64,000 nucleotides of DNA from Azolla caroliniana (Eukaryota > Plantae > Polypodiophyta): positions 16,306,001-16,370,000 of the forward strand of contig JBHGNT010000012.1 of the NCBI GenBank assembly GCA_043228905.1, written 5' to 3'. The notes beneath the pieces were generated by a model. That model had not been told where the DNA came from and did not search any database. It saw only the letters and a list, made by a program, of their open reading frames with translations. Shown one piece after another: positions 1-10,185 of this stretch (positions are counted from its first letter, which is position 1; every line of letters begins with the position of its first letter). A program made the position numbers and the translations under genes.

Positions 1-243
1 ATCGGTGTGAGGATCTTTGTGGGACTGCCCATCCGTGGTCTTTGCCTTCGTCCCCTCGCCGCCACCGATCGTCACTCTAGGTCTCACGCCGGCTCTCGGG
101 CCGACTGCCGGAGTCTCCGGATCCGGTGTGAAGGATCCTCCTCAGGCTTTTTGTATCTTTGACCCTTATCTTGGGTCTTCCTCCTTTCGCAAGTCGAGAG
201 GGTGGCTCGCTCCACACCCTCTCCTGTGGTACCGACGTACCGT

Positions 244-856
244 TGTCGTGAAGAAAACCGTCCACAAGCGGAATCGGTGCACCGGAGCGTAGGAACCGGC
301 TCTTCATACACGTGCACCTTATGTAGTACATAGAAGATCCTCGGTAGGTAGGAAGTTAATAGGAAACGGCTCCTTCCTTGCCTATAAAAGGAGGGAGATA
401 AGGAGGGGAGAAGGAATCGCGAAATAAGAGAGGACGAACTGCTGTCAGATTGTGGGCCGAAGGCTTCTCTCTCTTCCAAACTCCATAGCTTCTTTCTGTG
501 TAGGTTTCGGGAGGCTCGCGCTGCTCTGAGGAATGCCCGAGTGCTTCCGGCAGCACCTCCAACTTACTTCCTTCTTCCTGTGCGTTTAGGAACAGGCATC
601 GGCATCTGTTCGCCGGCCTGTTCGGTTGTAACCGACTTCGTGTTTTTGTTGTTTGTCTCTGTTAATATTCACATACATTCATTCGTGTCTCTCTGTGTTG
701 GTTTCCCGCTCGCGTCTTCGTGTCGAAGGGCCGTGTCCCTGTGGATCTACGCTCGCACCTAGTGGACCTCTTTCCTTCTCCTTTCTCTCTTGCTCTTCGG
801 TACAAGACCCCCGAGGTCCCGCCTCATTCCACGCATCCACGAGGAATACCTCGACA
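244..856 (+). repeat. 5' LTR of element A
   Basis: TGTCG...CGACA ends; CTATAAAAG TATA-like motif near 382; direct repeat of 20767-21379. Confidence 0.95.
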
Positions 857-859
857 CCT

Positions 860-877
860 TGGTGAACCCGACGTGAA
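860..877 (+). promoter_or_regulatory. Primer binding site of A (tRNA-Trp)
   Basis: TGGTGAACCCGACGTGAA is complementary to the 3' end of plant cytosolic tRNA-Trp (...UUCACGUCGGGUUCACCA); 3 nt from the LTR. Confidence 0.9.
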
Positions 878-899
878 GGAGGCGGCAGAAGAGCAGAAG

Positions 900-2255
900 A
901 TGAAAGGGTCGGATCTTGTCACAGCGGGGCTGACAACGGGGCGGCTGGTGCGGGCTCTGTCACAGCAAGGAGGCTTGAACCGGTACCGCAAGGGCGAAGG
1001 GAAGAAACCCGGGAATGGCTAGAAACCGGTCCGGCTTTGATCGGCATGGTCAGTGGCTCGTCCGGAGGAGCAGCGCTGGACGAGTTGACGCGGGCGATAA
1101 AGGATCTCCAGATCGCCCAGACTCGAAGGGAAGGCGGCGAGCCGGCTCGTGACCGACGGCCGGTAGCAGGGAACAGGTGCATGTGGTGCGACGAGGTCGG
1201 CCACATCCGGAAGGACTGCGGTGATTTCGCAGAAGCGTTGAGGAACCGGGTGGTGTACCTGTGGGAAGGCCGGGTGCACGCCGGCAACACCAGAAGGGCC
1301 CTAAACCGAAACGATGGGCGAGGAGGTATGAAGAGACTGATGGAAGAGGTAGCGGCCCGACACGTGGAGGCCATCCACTACTCGGCGTCGGCCGGTATTC
1401 AGGTCGGGGGCAGCGAGGCCCGAAAGGAGACCAAGGACGGGTTCTGGTCGGCAATGCTGGAAGGCCTTGCCGGCGCATGGCTAAGGAAAGATGAAACGGA
1501 CCGTGCTGAGAGACGGTTCCGGGAAATAACCGGGTGGAGCGATCCGGTCGAGGAGAAGACGGGCTTTGTAGCAGCAGCCTGCCGGAACTACGAGGCTCTG
1601 GTAGAAGACAAACGAGTGGGGAAAGCCGGAGCGGCCTGGCCCTCACAACGGTACGAGACCCGATTCGGGCAACGACGGAACGATACCGGTGGGTCCAGCT
1701 CGCAAGATAACCCCAGGAAGGGCGGATACCGACTGGGGACGGAAATAGAAAGGACTACGGACCTACAAAAGGTCCTAGAAGAACGGATCCTCAACAGCAA
1801 AGTGGAGCTGTCATTGCGAGAGGTGCTAGGGATCGCAAAGAAGGAGTTCCACGACTCCATTGTGGACCTGGTGAAACGGAAGAGGCTGTCGACGGAGACG
1901 GAACCGGAAAGACCGGTGGAGGTGCGGACGACGCACATCGACGACATGGCGCTGGAAGATGAGTGGGCGGAGAGCCACTATTCAAGGCCGCACTTGGCCC
2001 GAGCGACCACGGAGACCCCGGTAAAGATCGGAGATGTTCAGGAACCGGTGGTGGCATTGGTGGACCACGGTTCGGAAATAAACCTGATGTCCATGGACTT
2101 CTATAAGAAGGGGAAGTGGCCGATCAACACCAAGCACGGGTGGAAGATACGAGCGGCGACGCGCGCCATCGAGGAACTGCACGGGGCCTTCCCGAACGTG
2201 CGAGTCAAGATTGGCGACGTCGAGATTGACCAGCACTTCTTCGTACAGGAGACGT
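900..2255 (+). pseudogene. gag: A gag-protease, 5' part; capsid region missing, interrupted by B
   Basis: CMWCDEVGHIRKDC zinc knuckle and ALVDHGSEINL protease motif; aligns to B/C gag only from LDELTRAIKDLQIA onward. Confidence 0.85.
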
Positions 2256-2982
2256 TGTCGTGCCTTTCGGCTCTGGATCGTTTGCGTGAGTCGGGTGGGA
2301 ACCACCGAGGTTTTGGACTAGGAAGAGGAGAGTTTTAAGGCTAATAAGAATATAAATATGTTGTAAGAAAGAGTTATAGCAAACTCGTGAATCCCACGAG
2401 TGTATTGTATTTGATTAATCAATATGAATATAAGAATATAAATTTGGGTTGAAAGAGAATGATATAGAATCCTCGTGAATCCCACGAGTATAGTTTATTA
2501 ATTGGTGTTTTTTAGAAACATATCCAGTTTCCAAGTATTTCACACCCAATTACATTGTGCTTCCCATCCTTATGTAGTGATGAGGAAGTCTTAGTAATCC
2601 ATGCTTTTTCTCTAACTATAGACCCCATGCTTTTCCTATAGATAGACTATATGCTTTATCTAAAGTGATCATGCTTTTTTCTAACTTGTGCGTTTTTTAT
2701 CATGCACGCTAGATGTGTATGTGTAGCTTTTTCTTTTGTTATGCGTTTTTCTAATGTTTATCCTAGCGTGAATTTACCTTTCTATGTGGGACATCTATGC
2801 TTTAACACTAATGAAATGCTAGTGTAATGGTAAGACATTACATTATTAACATGGAGGTGCAAGGTTCGAATCTTGCCCTATGCATGTTCCATTTATTTTG
2901 CTATTTTCTTCTATTTCTTCATTTTTTATTGAATCTAATACTATATACGTTTTTCACGTAGTGTACAAAATACACTACGACA
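2256..2982 (-). repeat. 3' LTR of element B
   Basis: TGTCG...CGACA ends; PPT complement CTCACCCCCTCC at 2983-2994. Confidence 0.95.
2820..2873 (+). promoter_or_regulatory. tRNA-type Pol III A-box/B-box module in the B LTR, antisense to B; second copy at 9825-9878
   Basis: TAGTGTAATGG (2820-2830) and GGTTCGAATCT (2863-2873), starts 43 nt apart as in tRNA genes; T4 runs follow near 2897. Confidence 0.6.
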
Positions 2983-3580
2983 CTCACCCCCTCCAAACCC
3001 GCACATCCTCCGGTATGTGCCGAAGTTGTTGGTGTTTGTTAGTCTCCTCCGTCCGGTCTCTACCCGATTGGTTTCGTTGCCGGCTCGTAGTACCCTCGAC
3101 TTCTCTTGTTATGTTGACTTTGTCTCTCCATTTGGAGCACATCCATTCTTTCCACCCGAACCATTGTCGACATCCGATCCACCATAGTCTTCGTTCGCTT
3201 TTTGCATGGCCCGCTTGGTCCTTGTCATCCGCGGTAGTATCTTTTCTTGCCCTCTTTCTTTTCTTCATCAATCTCGACTTCTTTTCGGATTTTCGGTTTA
3301 GTCGGATTAGCTTACTTCCGATTCGGTCTCGTCGGATCGTCTTTCGTTTAGTTCGGCTTCCTTTCCGATTTGTATTCGGTTGATCCAGACTCGGTTGATC
3401 GGTTTTTACCGATTCAGTGCTCTTTTGGGTCGGTTTCTTTTCTTTTCTTTTCGTTCGGATTTGCTTTCTTTTCTTCGTTTTCACCTGCCTTGTCCGGTAT
3501 GCCGTTTTCTTCCGGTTCTCACCGAGCACTCCATTCTCTATCCGGAGGGACAAAAATATAATTTCCACATAGTGTGCAAC

Positions 3581-6500
3581 CTACACTACGACACTCGCCC
3601 CCTCCAAACCCGCACATCCTCCGGTATGTGCCGAAGTTCTTGATTCTTCGTATCCGTCTTCATCCGAAGCTCCCTCCGATTCTCCCCTTATGTCGACTAT
3701 GAGTTGTAATCCACTTTCTTCGCTTCCCGCATCATTGTGGTCTTCGTCCGATTGCTCCTCGTTGTCGGCCTCGACCTGGATCACATAAGGTTTGTCGTCG
3801 GTCCGCTTCTTGAAAATCTTCACCCGCTTCCCGGCTATAGGCACTCGTAGTATTGTTCCATCCAACTCGGACAGTCGGTACGTCCCGTTGTCGAAGACCT
3901 TCCGAACCTCGTACGGCCCGAACCACCTTTTCGCGAATTTCCGCATCGTTGTATGTTGATGGTCCAAGCTACTATCATAGACGATCACCCAATCTCCTTC
4001 TTCAATCCTCCTCGGTCGTAGTCGGTGCTTTGTGTCGAACCGGCTTTTGTTCCGGAACCGTGCTTCTTGTTGTCGGCGTGACGCTTCCGCTACATCTTTC
4101 GGTCTTCCCTCCAGTTGTCGTATCCGGACCGCTAGTAGTTCTTCCCGGCTCATCTCTTCCTTCCACGGTAGTATTGTCCATGTCGCGATTGCGGTTTCCG
4201 TTGGCATTACCGGTGCTTGTCCGGTCATGAGTTCTGCCGGCATGTAACCGGTCACGGAGCTATGCGTCGTCCGATCCGCCCATAGTGCATACGGAAGCAT
4301 TTGTGGCCAATCCTTCACCCTTCCGTCGCATGCCTTCGCAAGTGCTTTCACGATCGGACTATGTCCTCGTTCGATCTTCCCGTTGGCCTCCGGATTGTAG
4401 GCCGTTGTCAACGTTAACCGAACTCCATGTTTGGCGAAGAATCCCCTAGCTTTGTCCGAGTCGAGTTCTCCCCGGTCCGCAATCACTTGTCCTACGCAGC
4501 CGTACCTACAAAACACTTCTTCCAAAAGAAATTGGCACACCGCGGCACACGTTTTCCTCCGAAGCGCTCGACCTTCAACTTGGTTTGTGAGATCTTCTCG
4601 AGCTAACACCAAGTATTTCTTTTGTCCAATCCCGGTCGGCATAGCTACAATGTCGACCATCCACTTGAAGTTGATGGTCGGTGAGAATGTCGGATGCAGC
4701 TCATCTCGGTGTCGGACCCCGGAGTAGACTTGACATTTCTCGCAGCTTTCTGTGAACTCCGCGACATCTTTATACATGTTCTTCCACCAATATCTTTGCT
4801 TGATTTTCACAAAAGTTGCCCATGTTCCTCGATGTCCAGCCCAATCGGATTCGTGGAACTCGGACATTATCCGGTTTCGTTGCTCTTTCGTCCCGACTAC
4901 TCGAAGTGGTATCCCATCCGGTCTTTTCGGCGTCCTTCATATTAAACCGTTTTCCAAGAAGAACTTTTGGACTTGCCTCTTCTTCCTTCGGATCTCGGCT
5001 CTCCTTTCTTTATCATTGGTTGAATCCTCGACCTCTTGTAGCATCTTCCCGATCATCAAGGTTTCCCCCTCGTATTCTTCTTCCCGGAATTCTCGGATCA
5101 CGTTCACTCGGCATATGTGTTCTGACGTGAAGTAGTCTTCGGAAACTTCTTCATTATCTGATTCGGTTATGTCGTCTTCAAACCGCGCCCTCGATAACAT
5201 GTCCGCTACCGCGTTGTCCTTCCCCGAGATGTGTCGAACCTCCGGATTAAGTGACTTGACATATGCAATCCACCTTAGCATAGCCACATCCGGTATCGTA
5301 CAACACCGCATCATCCCGAGTATCGGAAGACAATCCGTCTCGATCACCACTTCAGCTCCGATCACATAATCCCGATCCGATTTTATCGCCGACACGACTC
5401 CCCACAATTCTCTTTTGACTTGTGCATATCCGCGTTGCCTTTCGTTGAGGACCTTTGCTCCAAATCGGATCGGATACCGCGAACCATCCGAGTCGGCTTG
5501 ATTGATGACCCACCCGATACCGGTTGGACTTGTATCAACCGTTACTATGATTGGCCGCTCGTAGCTTGGCTTCTTAAGTGATTCCGCCCTCCATAGTGTC
5601 TTCTTGAGCTTCCTCATGGCTTTAGTGTGTTCCGGTTTCCACTCGAATTTCTTACCTTTCCGCAACAAGTGATAGAGCGGGTCCGCTATATGTGCATAGT
5701 GCGGAATCCATATGTGATAGAATGCACACGCACCCAGAAACCTTCGGACTTCCGATGTTGACTCACATACTTCCTTCATAGCTTGAATCGCATCGATCTT
5801 TGTTGGTGACGGTCTTCGGCCGTAGGGTCCACATAGATGTCCGACCACCAATATTTCTTCTTGCCCGAATGCCGATTTCTCCCCGGAAAGTGTTAGGTGC
5901 ACATCTTCTAGCTTTCGCAACACTTTCTCACAATCATGAATATGGTCGACCACGAACTTTTGGCATCCCCGATCATCCATAGTCTCATCTTTTTCTTCCA
6001 CCGCGCATCCTTTCATCGGAATGTCATCTAGAAACGGCATCGTTATCTCCGGGATGCAATCTCGAAGCACCTTGTTCATCGCGTTCATCATATGTGCAAC
6101 CGAGTTTGTCGCTCCTTGTGGTAGTGTGCACATTCGAACTAGTCCTATCGGTGTCCGCATGGTAGTGATGTCTCGGCTCTCCAGGGCTAGTTGGAATTGG
6201 TCATACCCCGAGTATAGGTCCCCGATGGAGTATATTGCACGTCCGGCAAAAGCTTCCGCGAATTCATCCACTATCGGACCGACTCGCGAGTTCCGGATCG
6301 TGACCTTGTTCACCGGTTGCAAGTCTTGGATGAATCGGAGTGACCCATTCTTCTTCGGAACCGTAAACCATCGATTTGAGTACGGAGCACTTGATGGCTC
6401 TAGAATCCCCATCGCCACCTTCTCCTTGAGCAAGTCAATGACTTTCGGAATATGCGCCCGTGGCACCGGAATTGGCTTCAGGTTCCACGGTACATGATCA

Positions 6501-7186
6501 ATCGTGAAAATCACCATCGGCTCCACTATCTTTGGATCAATGCATCCGATCTCCCTCGATGTGAACGCGAATGCTTTGCCATGTTGCTCCAACATCTCTC
6601 GAAACCGTTTTTCTTCTTCTTGTAAGAGGAACCCACCTCCACCGATCCGAAGTTTCTTCCGGGTCTCATCTGTGAAGGCATGTCCGATATCCACGGACTT
6701 CCGAAGTGTCGGATCTCCCGAGACTTCTTTCTTCTTTTGTTCGCTATCGGCGGGTAGTGGTCTCGCGGCCGGTTTCACCTTCTTCTCCACGGTCTTGTAT
6801 TTCGTACTTACCATTGCTTCTTCTTTGCGGAGCGCATCCGGCCCCATTTTCGCAACGATCTCGTACATCTCGACCGATTCCACCGGGACTACCCGGTTCC
6901 CTTGGCTTTTATCTTCCGCAAGCTCTTCAAGCCGTTATAGTGTATTCCCATAGAACACTTCCTCGATCACTCCCACGATTTCTTCGTCTTCTTTTATTAT
7001 TGATGCCGACCGTAACTTATCCTCCACTTGTCGGTATTGTTTCTTCATTCCTCCGGTTACGGCCGTGTACGTAGATGCCCCATCCGGGCCGATTCGTACT
7101 TGTTTTGCTCCGAGAGTTTTCTTCCTGTGTGGGGTAACAGGGCTTCTCGGACTATCACTTCCCCACTCCGCAACAGTCCGCTTTAA
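3581..7186 (-). pseudogene. pol: B pol (RT-RNase H-integrase), -1 frame relative to gag-PR, two in-frame stops
   Basis: LPQG and FLDD RT motifs, RNase H VDTSPTGIG/ETDC, integrase H-H-C-C and WMVD/ADRG/KIERG; stops at 6935-6937 and 4937-4939. Confidence 0.92.
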
Positions 7187-9222
7187 AAATCCATTCTCAC
7201 TTGGGACAAGAGTTCCCTCTTGTTCCTTTCGTGATTTGCCGGCACCGTTAGGAATTGGACGGATTTACCTCCGTTTTGGCTCCGAATTCGCGCAAAAGCC
7301 GCACCACTATCGAGCACCTTCGTCTCCATTTGTGAAGCCGTGATAAAGGGTTGGCCGAGGATGACAGAATGTGAAACCTCATCCTGCACAAAGAAATTTT
7401 GGTCAATTTCGACATCCCCGATCTTTACCGTCACATCCGGACAAGCCGCAAATAGGTCTTCTGTCGTTTTCGTGGCTGCCCGAATCTTCCATCCATGGTT
7501 GGTGTTTATAGGCCACTTCCCCTTTCGGTAGAACTCCTTGGACATCAAGTTGATCTCCGATCCGTGATCAATCAATGCTAGCACGGGTTCTTTGATGTTG
7601 CCGATTCGGACCGGAGTCTCCGTAGTCGCACGTGCCCAGTGTGGCCTTGTATAGTGGGAGTTCGGAATTTCGCCTTCCACTTCGGTGTCGTTCATTGAAA
7701 CGGTATTTGCATTCACCCTTGGAGCATTATCCTCCGTACTTTGTCTCTTCCTTTTCACGAGATCCACGAGAAGATCGTGAAACTCCTTCTTCGCTATTCC
7801 GAGTAGTTCCCGCAGCGAAAAATCTACCCGGCTATCCAAGATTCTTTCCTCGAACACTCTTTTCAAGTCGGTTTGTTGTTCTATGTCCGAGGCGAGCTTG
7901 AATGCCGGAGTCGCCTTTTCTTTTCCCTTACCTCCGGAGTTCCAGCTTTCCGGTATCTTCGATGGTCCGGCCGCATCCTCCGTGCGCCGTCGTTTCTCGT
8001 CCACATACACCTCATGTAATTGACACAGGGCGTATATGCTATTCTTGTCGACAGGGCACTCCCATCCCGTAGCTTCCCGGACGCCTTCCGCGGTGTTTCG
8101 GATATCGTTGGAGTCGGTTTTCTCGGTGTTTCCTAGCACCTCCGGCCAGAAAGACGCCTTCGCTCCCGTTGACTCCCCGACACATATTCCCGCGGTTGTC
8201 GCATAGTTGCTTCTTGCTGCTAACTCCTCCTCGAGCACCTTCTTCATGCCGCCTTTCCGGAAGTTCGGTCGGAGTGGCTTCCGAGAGTCCATCGAATGAA
8301 TCCGGTTTCCCTCGTAGTAGATGAGATCCCGTCGTAGCGCCTCCTTATGGTCGTCGCAATCCCTCCGATCGTGTTCGGCGCTATCGCACCATATGCACCG
8401 TCGATCCGTATATTTGGAGCTTGTGGGGCGGTCATCCGACTTCTTCACCATCGCGATCTTTAGATTCTCCATCTCCTTCAGCAGCTGCTCCATCGTAGAC
8501 GCGTCGACTCCCTTCTCGGCCGTAATCTCCCGAGCCCTCGGTTGATGGTCTTCTAGTCCCGTTCTCGGTTTCGGAATCGGTTCCGAAACCCTCTTTTCTT
8601 CGTTGGCAAGCCATTGCCCCCTCTTCGTGCACCGCGCGACGATATCCCGCACGCTTTCCCATGTTTCGGTGAGGCCGCTTTCGGTGGTCGTGTCCTCAAG
8701 AAGCACTCCGAGATCTTTCCGGTCCCGGACGTCCACAGCTCGCAAAAACATGATGACTTTGTCCGGTGCAAGAATAGTTTGATCTCTCGCGGACAACCTC
8801 CCGAACCGACTTTCGAATGTCGCAAACACTTCGAGGACCTTCAGCCCCTGACCTGACGTTTCCACCCAATCCTCGAATCCCCTCCGCGTTGCCTTGGAGG
8901 AGTCCTCGATGGCAAACGTGGTCTTTAACGCCTCTTCGAATGCTTCCCACGTCGGATTTTGTTGTTGCAACCCGTGGATACTCCCTTGAAGCCCGTCGGT
9001 CGCCACCCGGTTAAAGGATGTCACTTGCAGTCCTTCCGAAGCCCGGCACCGGAGCATCTCCGCCTTGTAGTCCTGCAAATATCGCGACACATCCTTACCA
9101 TTAAATTGCCCGTTGCGTTGCACGAGCCGCTCCACTGATGCCGAAATCTCCGACATCATGCGTTGTTCTTGAAGCATCCGTTCGAACATCGCCATCATAT
9201 TGTTAGCTTGTTGAGCCTCCAT
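7183..9222 (-). CDS. gag: B Gag-protease polyprotein, open
   Basis: Capsid-like FNGKDVSRYL region, CIWCDSAEHDRRDC zinc knuckle, LIDHGSEINL and ILGQPF protease motifs; ends GAU UUU UAA. Confidence 0.9.
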   Translation of the reverse strand: MEAQQANNMMAMFERMLQEQRMMSEISASVERLVQRNGQFNGKDVSRYLQDYKAEMLRCRASEGLQVTSFNRVATDGLQGSIHGLQQQNPTWEAFEEALKTTFAIEDSSKATRRGFEDWVETSGQGLKVLEVFATFESRFGRLSARDQTILAPDKVIMFLRAVDVRDRKDLGVLLEDTTTESGLTETWESVRDIVARCTKRGQWLANEEKRVSEPIPKPRTGLEDHQPRAREITAEKGVDASTMEQLLKEMENLKIAMVKKSDDRPTSSKYTDRRCIWCDSAEHDRRDCDDHKEALRRDLIYYEGNRIHSMDSRKPLRPNFRKGGMKKVLEEELAARSNYATTAGICVGESTGAKASFWPEVLGNTEKTDSNDIRNTAEGVREATGWECPVDKNSIYALCQLHEVYVDEKRRRTEDAAGPSKIPESWNSGGKGKEKATPAFKLASDIEQQTDLKRVFEERILDSRVDFSLRELLGIAKKEFHDLLVDLVKRKRQSTEDNAPRVNANTVSMNDTEVEGEIPNSHYTRPHWARATTETPVRIGNIKEPVLALIDHGSEINLMSKEFYRKGKWPINTNHGWKIRAATKTTEDLFAACPDVTVKIGDVEIDQNFFVQDEVSHSVILGQPFITASQMETKVLDSGAAFARIRSQNGGKSVQFLTVPANHERNKRELLSQVRMDF

Positions 9223-9238
9223 CTCCTTGCCACCCGTC

Positions 9239-9256
9239 TTCACGTCGGGTTCACCA
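9239..9256 (-). promoter_or_regulatory. PBS of B (tRNA-Trp)
   Basis: Reverse complement is TGGTGAACCCGACGTGAA. Confidence 0.9.
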
Positions 9257-9260
9257 ACTG

Positions 9261-9987
9261 TGTCGTGCCTTTCGGCTCCGGATCGTTTGCGTGAGTCGGG
9301 TGGGAACCACCGAGGTTTTGGACTAGGAAGAGGAGAGTTTTAAGGCTAATAAGAATATAAATATGTTGTAAGAAAGAGTTATAGCAAACTCGTGAATCCC
9401 ACGAGTGTATTGTATTTGATTAATCAATATGAATATAAGAATATAAATTTGGGTTGAAAGAGAATGATATAGAATCCTCGTGAATCCCACGAGTATAGTT
9501 TATTAATTGGTGTTTTTTAGAAACATATCCAGTTTCCAAGTATTTCACACCCAATTACATTGTGCTTCCCATCCTTATGTAGTGATGAGGAAGTCTTAGT
9601 AATCCATGCTTTTTCTCTAACTATAGACCCCATGCTTTTCCTATAGATAGACTATATGCTTTATCTAAAGTGATCATGCTTTTTTCTAACTTGTGCGTTT
9701 TTTATCATGCACGCTAGATGTGTATGTGTAGCTTTTTCTTTTGTTATGCGTTTTTCTAATGTTTATCCTAGCGTGAATTTACCTTTCTATGTGGGACATC
9801 TATGCTTTAACACTAATGAAATGCTAGTGTAATGGTAAGACATTACATTATTAACATGGAGGTGCAAGGTTCGAATCTTGCCCTATGCATGTTCCATTTA
9901 TTTTGCTATTTTCTTCTATTTCTTCATTTTTTATTGAATCTAATACTATATACGTTTTTCACGTAGTGTACAAAATACACTACGACA
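9261..9987 (-). repeat. 5' LTR of element B
   Basis: Near-identical to 2256-2982. Confidence 0.95.
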
Positions 9988-9991
9988 CTGT

Positions 9992-10185
9992 CCTCGCACC
10001 CGGTCATATTAGGGGAGCCATACATCACGGCGGCGCGAATGGAGACCAAGGTGCTGGACAACGGTTCGGCCTACGCGAGGGTCAAAAGCCAGGACGGGCG
10101 CCATTCGGTCCAATTTCTGACGGTGCGATTGAACCACGAGCGTAACCACGAATCCCTCGGTGGCGAGAACCGTGAGGATTTTTAG
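9992..10185 (+). pseudogene. A protease C-terminal part, ending at the frameshift site
   Basis: HPVILGEPYITAARMETKVLDNGSA...EDF* aligns with the C-terminus of B/C gag-PR. Confidence 0.85.

Larger units (their letters stand above)
2256..9987 (-). mobile_element. Element B: very young Phygy-like Gypsy element inserted in the protease of A
   Basis: 727-bp LTRs differing at about 1 position; PBS 9239-9256; left target ACGT (2252-2255); host reads QETSSHPVILG once B and one target copy are removed. Confidence 0.95.

Noticed and set aside
2813-2885. Functional tRNA gene (also at 13192, 33022 and 33850)
   Set aside because: A and B boxes are present but the acceptor and anticodon stems do not pair; reported as a promoter-like module only.
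2984-3568. 194-aa Lys/Arg-rich ORF as an extra gene of B
   Set aside because: It crosses the pseudo-LTR/tail junction, reflects purine-rich low complexity, and is absent from C.
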